Shown here in pieces: positions 19,303-27,672 of a stretch of 64,000 nucleotides of DNA. The translations under genes and the position numbers were made by a program. The notes under the pieces are model-generated. The model ran no database searches and was not told the origin of the DNA. It worked only from the letters and a program-made list of their open reading frames with translations. The stretch is from positions 1 to 64,000 of the IMG/VR virus record IMGVR_UViG_3300035665_000023, one strand, 5' to 3'. This DNA is from a virus. Positions within the stretch are counted from its first letter, which is position 1. Each line of letters opens with the position of its first letter.

Positions 19303-19520
19303 GAACCATCACACTGTCTGAATACGAAGCAATCCATCCCGATAACCGGGGGACATGGACGACCGAACGAACGGATCTTCCTGACTGGGATAGCATCCGC
19401 GACCAGTACATCGGCAAGCGAACGATGATGGCGGGCGACGGTACTTGCTCGCTGTTGATCGAAGGGCTTAGCTTCGAGATCATCGAGGACGGTAAACAAT
19501 CAGGGGAGGAAGTATCGTGA
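19299..19520 (+). CDS. Hypothetical protein
   Basis: GTGA overlap; MRTITLSEYEAIHPDNRG...GKRTMM. Confidence 0.6.
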   Translation: MRTITLSEYEAIHPDNRGTWTTERTDLPDWDSIRDQYIGKRTMMAGDGTCSLLIEGLSFEIIEDGKQSGEEVS

Positions 19521-19646
19521 AAAAATGGATTTTGGTGGTCGCAATTGTGTTGTCCTGCGGTTGCGCTGGGCAACGAGCCAGGGTAGTAGTCACGAGGGTC
19601 AACGGTGAGCCTTCGGTGAGTTTTGAGTTTGAGAAGGAGACTGGAT

Positions 19647-20009
19647 GTGAGCAAAGCAATCTACAGGATCACGCAAGAGCGAATTGAAAACGGAGTGGTA
19701 ACAAGCGGGCGTATCGCGTCGGCTGAAAAGTGGGCACATGCCTATCGCAATATCCTGGGGGATGTATGGCAACGCGACGTCCTGATCGCAGCCTTACTGA
19801 TGCATGAAATGGAATGTACATTCGATGGGTGCTGCGAAACGCCAGAGGAATTAGCCACGGAAGAAGATCGTTTGGCAGCTATCAAGCAACTGTTGGGCAC
19901 GATGGGAGATCATGCTTTCGATTCTGAGGAGCTGCAGCGCCTGCTAAAGTACGAAGAAGAAATCAGATCTGGCAAGTATGCTGATGAACTTGACGATGAA
20001 GACGAATAG
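19647..20009 (+). CDS. Hypothetical acidic protein
   Basis: AAGGAG RBS before GTG 19647; last gene of the plus-strand cluster. Confidence 0.6.
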   Translation: MSKAIYRITQERIENGVVTSGRIASAEKWAHAYRNILGDVWQRDVLIAALLMHEMECTFDGCCETPEELATEEDRLAAIKQLLGTMGDHAFDSEELQRLLKYEEEIRSGKYADELDDEDE

Positions 20010-20097
20010 TCAGATTACACTATGTGCCTCCTCCACTCCCCTCGTGCAGCCCTCAGCAAGCTGCGGCGCAAGCCTACGCGGGGGGGGTGGGCTTTTC

Positions 20098-20433
20098 TCA
20101 CCACTGCTTTTCAATTGCGTGACCTGCTTCGACGATCATCTGGTTAATGGTCTTGCCTTGGGTCTGCCGAAATTCTCCCAGGTAGCGACCGTACTTCTCT
20201 CGCCGATCCTTGACCGTCTCCAGCGTCCATTCACTCTCCACCGGCATCGCATCAATCAGCCAGAGACGCGCCGCCTTGCCCTCTGCGGTATTCATTTCCG
20301 GCGCATCAATGCCAGCCAACCGCACCCGCATGTTGAGCCTGATGTCAAATCCAAGATCGGTCGCAACGTCAACGGTATCACCGTCGATTACCTTTAGGAT
20401 TGCGCATTTGTACTGATACATTAGATTCTCCAT
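20098..20433 (-). CDS. Thermonuclease (SNase) family protein
   Basis: VIDGDTVDV, RVRLAGIDAPE, KYGRYLG. Confidence 0.9.
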   Translation of the reverse strand: MENLMYQYKCAILKVIDGDTVDVATDLGFDIRLNMRVRLAGIDAPEMNTAEGKAARLWLIDAMPVESEWTLETVKDRREKYGRYLGEFRQTQGKTINQMIVEAGHAIEKQW

Positions 20434-20873
20434 TCGTTCTTTGTGGCTTCGTTGTCAAACGCAGTAACCGCGACAGCCAGCGCAGACCACAAGTGATTGG
20501 AAACACCATAACACGGGCCTGGATCACGCTTCGTTCCGACAGCGCCAACCTTATCTATCAACGCTTGTCTTACATTTGGATCTTTTGCGCGAGCTGTACC
20601 GCACAGGTGCAATTTGATGTCGCGTCTGGGGATTAGCCGCATCCAACTAGCGACCTGATGCAGCCTCCCGATCTGCAACACCGTTTGGAACACCTCACGA
20701 CCAACTGGCATTCCGAAACATTCGACGATCTCGCAGGCAATTGGAAAGCACGTTTGTCCGGTGATCGCTTCGATTGCGTTTTCCGTGTGGAGATTTTCGC
20801 ATCGAACCACACGAACTCCATCGAACCATACCAACGCATGTTCACTTGGCCCAGGATCGATCCCGATAATCAT
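20421..20873 (-). CDS. RuvC-like Holliday junction resolvase
   Basis: MIIGIDPG, IACE, IKLHLCG...AKD, WSALAVA. Confidence 0.75.
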   Translation of the reverse strand: MIIGIDPGPSEHALVWFDGVRVVRCENLHTENAIEAITGQTCFPIACEIVECFGMPVGREVFQTVLQIGRLHQVASWMRLIPRRDIKLHLCGTARAKDPNVRQALIDKVGAVGTKRDPGPCYGVSNHLWSALAVAVTAFDNEATKNEWRI

Positions 20874-21070
20874 TTCAACAGCCTTTCCATAACCGCTCTC
20901 ATCTCCTCGCACAGAATTTCCGGCATCCGTGTGATATTGTGCAGCCGTTTGATTTCGTAAAAAGCTAGCTTGAATGCGGTATCTGCATCTGCACCGCCAT
21001 CAAATTGCCTCATTGCGGCGCGTTCGATGACAATTTCAATGATGTGCTCATCATCCACCTGACTCTCCAA
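20870..21070 (-). CDS. Hypothetical protein
   Basis: ERAAMRQFDGG motif; overlaps its neighbours. Confidence 0.6.
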   Translation of the reverse strand: MESQVDDEHIIEIVIERAAMRQFDGGADADTAFKLAFYEIKRLHNITRMPEILCEEMRAVMERLLK

Positions 21071-21665
21071 TCAGTTTCACGATTGATGAGGATACGCCAA
21101 TTGACCGAACGGACTGCTCGGACAACTTGGCTCGCTCCGGTTCGCACCGAATCAATCTCGGCACCGGCGCAACAAGTTTGCCGTCTACGACCTCCTCCTC
21201 AGACAACCCAGGGACTGGCTTGGCCAATTCCGTAGAAATCCCAGATGCCGCAAACGACTGGTACGCTTTCAGAAATTCCTGCCGCACCCACTTTTCTTCC
21301 TCCGCGCCGGAGAAACGAGAGCAGAAATTCGGCCAACCTCCCAAATTGCGCATAACGGCGTTACAGACCTTGTCCTGAAAGTCGATGGTTTTGTAGCATC
21401 CATGCCTCAGCGCTCGCTGTACGTCATTCCAGGCGGCTACAGAGCGATCTTCTGCCGATGTAGACTTTCCGACCAGCTTTCGAAGGTCGTAAGGCTTGGG
21501 CAGCACGCTCCGCTCCCTGATCGCCAGCAACACCGCTCTCTGAAGGTCGTCAACACTCAAATCCGCCAGCCCCATCAGGTAGCCGTCGTATGAGGCTTCC
21601 GTTGCTTCAACGCCGAACGCTTTGTGGAGCGCGGCGATCGTGGTACGAAAATCTTTGATGTTCAT
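21051..21665 (-). CDS. Replication accessory protein (DUF6475-like, possible helicase-loader partner)
   Basis: AWNDV...GCYKTIDFQD...NLGGW...WVRQEFLKAY; ATGA-coupled to the initiator gene. Confidence 0.65.
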   Translation of the reverse strand: MNIKDFRTTIAALHKAFGVEATEASYDGYLMGLADLSVDDLQRAVLLAIRERSVLPKPYDLRKLVGKSTSAEDRSVAAWNDVQRALRHGCYKTIDFQDKVCNAVMRNLGGWPNFCSRFSGAEEEKWVRQEFLKAYQSFAASGISTELAKPVPGLSEEEVVDGKLVAPVPRLIRCEPERAKLSEQSVRSIGVSSSIVKLIGESGG

Positions 21666-22411
21666 TCCAGCCCCTCCAGTAATCCCATGCTGTTCCGCCA
21701 ACGCTCCTCAAATCTCTCGCCTGCTGAGTCGGTGTTTTCGTCCCGAATCTGCGCGAAGGTCTTCTTCTGGTCTGATCGCTGCCATGCTGCACGATCGTCT
21801 TCCCACCTTTTGCGATTCAAAAACGTTGCGGGCATGCAGGAAAACTCGCCAGAGCCTAGCGGACTTTCGCCGTATTCCCTCGCCGATTCAATCAGTACCT
21901 CAGCCGAGACGAGTTTGACCGCTTTTTGCCAAGCCTTCGCAGCCTCTGCTTTATTCACTCGCCGCACTTGTGGGTACGCATTCCAAAACGCCTCAAACTC
22001 TTCGGAATACTTTTTGACGGACGCTTCTCCAGCACTTTCTTTTGGCTTTTTTGCTTTGGGTTTTTCGTTTGGTTGCCGTTCTAAGAGCCCATGCTTGCGA
22101 AGCAAGGCAAACACTGGATTGTGCGCTCGGCAAGACTCGGAAATTTTTCCGTACTGATATTCGATGAACTTAACTACGCACCATTTTTTACCGCCCGCCA
22201 AGGATATGAGCCGAGTGTCGCACGCCTTGCAGAAATCCCCCCAGTCGACCGCGACACCAATTTGAAAGTTGGCCAAATCCTCGTCTATTTCAAGCACTCC
22301 CGCTGCATCGCATTTATCGAGCATGTACATCCAAGCCAACTTGTACTCCGGTCGCAAAGAGCGAAACCACTTATCGTCCCATTTCAGCGTCTCGGTGAAT
22401 CGCTTGGCCAT
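21662..22411 (-). CDS. Phage replication initiator / replisome organizer
   Basis: MAKRFTETLKWDDKWFRSL N-domain; FEAFWNAYP...KAEAAKAW...PATFLNRKRW C-domain. Confidence 0.8.
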   Translation of the reverse strand: MAKRFTETLKWDDKWFRSLRPEYKLAWMYMLDKCDAAGVLEIDEDLANFQIGVAVDWGDFCKACDTRLISLAGGKKWCVVKFIEYQYGKISESCRAHNPVFALLRKHGLLERQPNEKPKAKKPKESAGEASVKKYSEEFEAFWNAYPQVRRVNKAEAAKAWQKAVKLVSAEVLIESAREYGESPLGSGEFSCMPATFLNRKRWEDDRAAWQRSDQKKTFAQIRDENTDSAGERFEERWRNSMGLLEGLE

Positions 22412-22422
22412 TTGCGTCCTTC

Positions 22423-22824
22423 CTACCGAACTTCAAGTGATTGACTCTGAAAAACGTTCGGTGCCTCACCTCGCCACCAGTCCCGAGTATCCTCGCGCTC
22501 TGGATCCGTTTGGGTCCAAGATCGCCTAAGATAAGGCGCTGTTACCTTAACAACACGGCTTGCCTCGTAGACCGTTACCGTCCAGCTTCCACCGCAGCGA
22601 ACAGGCAGATCCTGCTGCGTGGAAACCATTCGCCACCCCCAGTTGTGCCGCTTGCCGTTGTCCTCATCCATGTACCGCCACGCGATCACTTGGACAAACA
22701 CCGGCTTACACTCGCGATCGTACACCGTGTTCAACTCCAGCATGTCCATCGAGTGTTGCTCGGCGATGTCAACGTCGTTTCCGAAGCAAGCTGAAACGAA
22801 AAGTAAAAGTGGCGTCCGTGCCAT
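22423..22824 (-). CDS. Hypothetical protein (133 aa), possibly exported
   Basis: GGAGG RBS before MARTPLLLFVSACFG; the longer ORF-track version runs into the CRISPR array. Confidence 0.65.
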   Translation of the reverse strand: MARTPLLLFVSACFGNDVDIAEQHSMDMLELNTVYDRECKPVFVQVIAWRYMDEDNGKRHNWGWRMVSTQQDLPVRCGGSWTVTVYEASRVVKVTAPYLRRSWTQTDPEREDTRDWWRGEAPNVFQSQSLEVR

Positions 22825-22920
22825 GCGGCACCTCCGTGTTGTGTGTTTTGCATCGTGTTTTAGTTCTTCGCTACGGTATGGTCTGCGTCTTGCGTCTTTC
22901 TTTGGTAGTAACGCCGGTGG

Positions 22921-23598
22921 ATTGCATCGTTCTTTGGTCCTTAAATTCACTGCGGTTTCGGCGGATTCCCAGCACAATCGTTGTAACCTCGGTTCTTGCA
23001 TCGTTTTTTGGTTGTTAAATTCGCGAAGGTCTGTTCCTTTCGTCTGCTCATCTACTCACCTCCTCTGCATCGCTCTTTGGTCTTTTAATCCGCTGCTGTG
23101 TCAGCGTCCACTTTACAGAAGTTGCGCTCTAACCTTGCATCGTTTTTTGGTTGTTGAGTTCACTGCGGTCATTCAACCCCCAAAATGAAATGTCTGCACT
23201 TGTCACCTTGCATCGTTCTTTGTTTATTAACTTCACTGCGGTGGTTCAGGTTTCCGGTTTTCGGGGATCAGCCTCTTGCATCGTTCTTTGTTTATTAACT
23301 TCACTGCGGTACTGATCGTCACGCGATGAAAAGCGAGAAGCCAGTCTTGCATCGTTCTTTGTTTCTTAACTTCATTGCGGTCCAGCAATTTATCCCGAAT
23401 TAGCCGTCTACAGTCTACTTGCATCGTTCTTTGTTTATTAACTTCACTGCGGTGTGAAGACAAGGTGGAGTTACTCGAATGGGCTGTTGCTTGCATCGTT
23501 CTTTGTTTATTAACTTCACTGCGGTCAAGATGAAGCGAGCGACTGACGAGGTCTTTGTGCCCCTTGCATCGTTCTTTGTTTCTTAACTTCACTGCTAT
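22921..23598 (-). CRISPR. CRISPR array: 10 repeats of 36 bp, 9 spacers of 32-38 bp
   Basis: Plus-strand consensus CTTGCATCGTTCTTTGTTTATTAACTTCACTGCGGT at 22921, 22995, 23064, 23134, 23207, 23275, 23346, 23418, 23490, 23563. Degeneracy increases leftwards (remnants at 22847 and 22889), so the leader is on the right and the crRNA repeat ends ...GAACGAUGCAAG. Confidence 0.97.
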
Positions 23599-23659
23599 AG
23601 CCCTACGTTTCCATAAACGAAAACGCAGGGTTCAAATCACCTTTCGCGAGAGGCTAGAG

Positions 23660-24091
23660 TTAGACCCTGGCTCCCACACATAAGCTCAACGTCTCTTTGA
23701 GGCTTGTGTTCTCGACACGTAGCCGCTCGCATTCCTTCTCAGCGGCGATACACTTTTCCTTCCACGAAGGCACAAGACGCTCTCGCGGCTTCTTATCCAT
23801 TTCTATCGTCTCAGCGATGAGGTCTCGGATGTTGTGCCTTGTCCAGTCATTGCGATCTGGATGCGCTTTTAAAACTGCGTGTAATGTCAAAAACGATGCA
23901 GCAGTATCGCTCAACTCCTCATCTAGGAAATCGAGTTCATTGGTTCCGTGCTCTGCGTGCCATGCCCGAAAGTCCTCGTCTTCGTAGCAATCCGACAGGA
24001 GAGCGACTCTGTCGAATAGCAACTCGCTACCCTTCTTGCGCAACTCCCTCGCTTCGTGCATTTTGAGTTCCCATTTTTTTGCTCTTGCCAT
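23660..24091 (-). CDS. Unknown 143-aa protein between the Cas12f-like gene and the array
   Basis: GAGGAG RBS before MARAKKWE; helical, with a C-terminal coiled coil (EKECERLRVENTSLKETL). Confidence 0.8.
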   Translation of the reverse strand: MARAKKWELKMHEARELRKKGSELLFDRVALLSDCYEDEDFRAWHAEHGTNELDFLDEELSDTAASFLTLHAVLKAHPDRNDWTRHNIRDLIAETIEMDKKPRERLVPSWKEKCIAAEKECERLRVENTSLKETLSLCVGARV

Positions 24092-24153
24092 TTTGTAACT
24101 CCTCGTAAAACGTTCGATAAACAACACAACACTTACAAACTGGGAGCCGCCGC

Positions 24154-25431
24154 TTACGCTGCATCTCCACGCTTTGGATCACTAACTTTCCGCACGCCAC
24201 GCACGCCGTTGGTGGTAGCCTTGGGCTTCTTTGGCGGCTTCGGCTTTTTGCCATACTCAATACCCTCCGATTCACACTTCGACGCTAACATGGTTCCGAA
24301 CTGAAAGTAGTCCCAACTCATTGCCGATATCCTGTCATTGCCAACAGTCGATAAGTACCGGCCCTCTCTGTTTTCGTCCCTGGGTTGAAGATACACAATG
24401 CGACCACATCCCTCACGTATAGCAAGGTTAACAACCTGCTTTGAGACTTCGTTGTTGTACCTCTTGGTAAAATCCTTCCATCTACTTGAAAGTTTCGTCC
24501 ACACCGCATCCGCCCGCCTGCGTCCGTGACCTTTCTGATTCGATCCAGACCATCGATAGTGTGTCTTGCGACTATTTCGTTCTCTGATAATGGCTCGTCG
24601 CGCGTGTTCTACGTGAGCGCCATTGCCACCGAACCGCCACGACCCACGTCCATTGATTGCGACTCGCCACGGACCTGTTTTCGCAGGACGCACATACAAC
24701 ACTCGGTCGGCGCTCAACTTCTCGCGGACCTTGTTCGGCATTTCGTAAGCGATAGAGACAAACCATTTCCCGCGATCATAGATCAGCGAAGACCCCTTCC
24801 ATGCGTATTCGCCAGCGATAATTTTTTCGACAGTGGATCGGACGGACGCACACTTTCTTTTTGCCAACATCAATTCGCACGGCTCAACGACACTCTTCCC
24901 GTCAGCAAGTCTCTCAATGCGAAGCTCGCAAATGTACTTGTCGCCTTGCTTGAACAGCTTGGCGTTGTCGCGGTCGAAGGGGATCGGTTGCGGTCGCGTG
25001 AACGAGGGTAATGACTCGTTTCCAAAAAGAATTGAAACCCACCCAGGGAGTGACCCAGAAGCGGCCTTCCGTGTATTAACCTTGCTCTGCCAAGCATTGG
25101 TCAACAGTCCGCGCGTTCGGACATTAACGCTTGAAAACTCTGCCGACATAATCCGGTAGAATGATCTTGCATCTGCTGATTTCGTTAATGGTTCTTCGAC
25201 TGCCTTGCATGGCCATTGCGGCTTATCGCCTCGTTTTGTTTCTTGCCACGCTTTGTATGCATCGAAATGCGATCGAAGCTTATCCGCCGATCCATTATTC
25301 GCGTGATGGCAAAGCCACACTTGCCAAAGCCTGTTTGTCATGCGTTGACATGCGACAGCAAGCTCCTTCCATGCGTCACGACGCTCTTTTGCAAACCCAA
25401 AGATTTCGATTCTTGCTGCTCGTATCGCCAT
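24154..25431 (-). CDS. Nuclease-dead Cas12f-like (TnpB-derived type V) effector, about 425 aa
   Basis: Cas12f-type motifs ILFGNESLPSF, IIAGEYAWKGSSLIYDRGKWFVSIAY, GHGRRR, VVNLAIREGCGRI, SWDYFQF...KCESEGI. The RuvC-I GIDLG position reads YVRPA, the RuvC-II MEDL position reads YLQP, and the zinc finger and RuvC-III are absent. Adjacent to a CRISPR array. Confidence 0.85.
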   Translation of the reverse strand: MAIRAARIEIFGFAKERRDAWKELAVACQRMTNRLWQVWLCHHANNGSADKLRSHFDAYKAWQETKRGDKPQWPCKAVEEPLTKSADARSFYRIMSAEFSSVNVRTRGLLTNAWQSKVNTRKAASGSLPGWVSILFGNESLPSFTRPQPIPFDRDNAKLFKQGDKYICELRIERLADGKSVVEPCELMLAKRKCASVRSTVEKIIAGEYAWKGSSLIYDRGKWFVSIAYEMPNKVREKLSADRVLYVRPAKTGPWRVAINGRGSWRFGGNGAHVEHARRAIIRERNSRKTHYRWSGSNQKGHGRRRADAVWTKLSSRWKDFTKRYNNEVSKQVVNLAIREGCGRIVYLQPRDENREGRYLSTVGNDRISAMSWDYFQFGTMLASKCESEGIEYGKKPKPPKKPKATTNGVRGVRKVSDPKRGDAA

Positions 25432-25465
25432 TATTCCGTGTTCCCTATCCGCCTTGCATCGTGTA

Positions 25466-25604
25466 ATAAAAGCCCGGCAGGGTTTTTTACGCCCTGCCGG
25501 GCAACCAAAGAACGAAGCGAGTGCTGCATGGCTATCAAAGTCCATAGCTTTTCTCGCTTCCGGTCGTGCAATCGACCGTCACGGCATCAACTGCCGTTGT
25601 TCCC
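25466..25604 (-). ncRNA. Putative tracrRNA
   Basis: Anti-repeat at 25503-25521 (16/19 complementary to the repeat 3' part), three upstream stem-loops, then an 11-bp terminator stem (25472-25502) followed by TTTT. Boundaries approximate. Confidence 0.75.
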
Positions 25605-25931
25605 TTACTGTCCGTCGTTTCGAGTATCAACAACCTCGTACAACGCCACCCGTTTCCCGGTCACGTCGCACTCCCTAACACCAATTTGCCGAATCCGACC
25701 GAGCCGAACCAAGTCGCTTGCCCGTCTCCGAATCGAATCGTGCATACCGCGATTGTCTCCGGTCACGGACAACGCGACCTCGTTAGCCGTTGCCGTTCCC
25801 AACGCTTTGAGCCCTTCCAAAAATTGGAGGCATCGCACATTGAGAACGTGCTTGATATCTGCGTCTGATTGCTTCGCTGTTTGCGGATCGCCATCTCGCG
25901 ATCGTTGTTCAGCCCAGTCGAACAAGTTCAC
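25605..25931 (-). CDS. Winged-HTH DNA-binding protein
   Basis: SRDGDPQTA...GTATANEVA...IRRRASDLVRLGRI. Confidence 0.7.
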   Translation of the reverse strand: MNLFDWAEQRSRDGDPQTAKQSDADIKHVLNVRCLQFLEGLKALGTATANEVALSVTGDNRGMHDSIRRRASDLVRLGRIRQIGVRECDVTGKRVALYEVVDTRNDGQ

Positions 25932-26182
25932 AGGTGACGGATCCTCGCAATTTGTTCCTTTGATCGCTGGCTGTCATCCAGCCCGCGAGCCAGTGCGTAC
26001 AGATCCATTGATTTCGCACATGACGCGACGACCTTGGAGATGCTCTGCACCTTGGCTTCGGCCTCCTCAGAGTTTGCGACCGCATCACGAATCACAGACA
26101 TGCAGGCCCAAAGACTGTCGCCGTTGGTTCGTGTCATCGCATCGCGAAGTCTCTGCTCTTGCGCCGCCTCGAATGCATTCAT
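25928..26182 (-). CDS. Hypothetical protein
   Basis: ORF coupled by overlaps on both sides. Confidence 0.6.
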   Translation of the reverse strand: MNAFEAAQEQRLRDAMTRTNGDSLWACMSVIRDAVANSEEAEAKVQSISKVVASCAKSMDLYALARGLDDSQRSKEQIARIRHL

Positions 26183-27672
26183 GACACCACCTCATCGAAC
26201 AACTCGGCTGTCAGTGCTTCATCGTCAGACGACTCCGCTGTGATGATCACGACTCCTCGGGTTTTCGCGTGCTGATTGATGATCTTCCTCGCGGTTGGAT
26301 CAAGAGACTCGAACGCCTCTTGCGGAATCACGATAATGCCGCACTCAGGAAGCAACTCCAATGCAATGTCGATTGCCAGCTTCCACCGCTCTCCATGCGA
26401 CAAGTCAGCAAAGTAGGTTGCGCCCCGCTTGGTGGTTAGTACCAACCGACCATGTTCGACTCGCAAGGCATTGCATGTCTTCGCGACCAGTTCCGTCAGC
26501 ACTTGATCAGTCGATTTCGCCGCATCTCGAAGCCGTTCCGCAACGCTGCGGTGCTTTTCCGCCAGGGATTTGTGCCGAATCGCATCTTGGTGACGCCGCC
26601 GCTGCTCCGTTTGCTTAACCGCTTTCTCAATGGCGGATTCGGCAAAGGTGAGAGCCAATTCAACAGATGCAATTTCCTCGCTGCTTGGGGCATCGATGGG
26701 CGTGTCGATGATCTTCTGCAGGGCTGCTAGGTCTTCTCGCTCCCTGATCGCTGACGCTAGCTGTTGCTCGGAGTGTTCGTGATCGCGTCTTGCGATTTCG
26801 ATGTTTGGCAATAATTGCTGAATCTTCGCTTCGAGCACACGAATCTCCTCGGCAATCGCATCATGCTGGTCAGACAATTGCCGCAACGATGCCCATCGAG
26901 CCTCCTTTTCTGCGTGCAATAATTCCACTCGCTCGTTTGTGTCGCTGGATTGCTCGGCGACCACCCGCCTAGCCTCCTCCTGTCTCTGTAGTTGCTTGTC
27001 GGCGGATTCCTTCTTGGCCTGCATCGCAGCCAGATTCGCCGCATGGTTCTGTTGCTCCTTTCTGAGCACATCAAGACTGGGAATCTCTTGCTCTGGGTCG
27101 AACTGCTCCCCGTTAAGTAGACCAACGGCAATCCCATCGGCGTGTTCGGCAAGAGCCTCTTCCTTGCGAGCTTCGCGCTCGATGTCGCGCTTGATCTTGT
27201 CGGCGACCGCAACCCAGTCGTCGCCCTCCATAGCCGAGGGAGAAACGATCCCCAAGAAAGCGTCCTTTCCACCAAGCAATTCAAAGAACCTAGATGGGTC
27301 TACCTTGTCTGCAGTCAACGATGCAAGCGCCCGAATCCTGCGAGCGTCTGCTGCCTCGTTGGACTTCAAGCCTGGATCCACTAGGTCGGCAATGGAAAGC
27401 TTGCCCTCAAGAGTGTAGACTTCCAGCTCTCCGGTTCGGCGGGTCGATCGACCGACCGTAACCTTAGCTCCCCATCCCGACACTTCGCCTCGCAAAGCCC
27501 CGTCGCGAACCGATAGCGAACCCTTGCCCGTTGCAATCGTTTCGACTGCCTGGAGGGTGTTTGTTTTTCCAATCCCATTCCGACCACGCAGGACGCAAAC
27601 GCCCCCACCTTCTGGAATTGGAATTGAAACGTGTTCTACTGGCCCGATGTCCTTGATCTCGATTGTGCTCAT
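26179..27672 (-). CDS. SMC/Rad50-like ABC ATPase with coiled coil
   Basis: GRNGIGKT Walker A, long coiled coil, LSHGE signature, IIVIPQEAFESLD degenerate Walker B/D-loop. Confidence 0.85.
   Translation of the reverse strand: MSTIEIKDIGPVEHVSIPIPEGGGVCVLRGRNGIGKTNTLQAVETIATGKGSLSVRDGALRGEVSGWGAKVTVGRSTRRTGELEVYTLEGKLSIADLVDPGLKSNEAADARRIRALASLTADKVDPSRFFELLGGKDAFLGIVSPSAMEGDDWVAVADKIKRDIEREARKEEALAEHADGIAVGLLNGEQFDPEQEIPSLDVLRKEQQNHAANLAAMQAKKESADKQLQRQEEARRVVAEQSSDTNERVELLHAEKEARWASLRQLSDQHDAIAEEIRVLEAKIQQLLPNIEIARRDHEHSEQQLASAIREREDLAALQKIIDTPIDAPSSEEIASVELALTFAESAIEKAVKQTEQRRRHQDAIRHKSLAEKHRSVAERLRDAAKSTDQVLTELVAKTCNALRVEHGRLVLTTKRGATYFADLSHGERWKLAIDIALELLPECGIIVIPQEAFESLDPTARKIINQHAKTRGVVIITAESSDDEALTAELFDEVVS

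Noticed and set aside
22957-23562. Self-targeting of spacers within this window
   Set aside because: No convincing match seen by eye (only 9-mers or shorter); this is not exhaustive and needs BLASTN-short.
22619-23592. ORFs crossing the CRISPR array (22619..23188, 23233..23592, 5' part of 22423..23001)
   Set aside because: Translations of repeats and spacers.
25432-25452. Putative natural guide targeting the iterons at 15869-15911
   Set aside because: Only GGATAGGG (8 nt) matches and the first two seed positions mismatch, which is compatible with chance.
24154-25545. Effector as an IS200/IS605 TnpB, or with the 463-aa start
   Set aside because: No tnpA or IS ends are visible, and a CRISPR array with a matching anti-repeat is present. 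The extra 38 codons overlap the tracrRNA.
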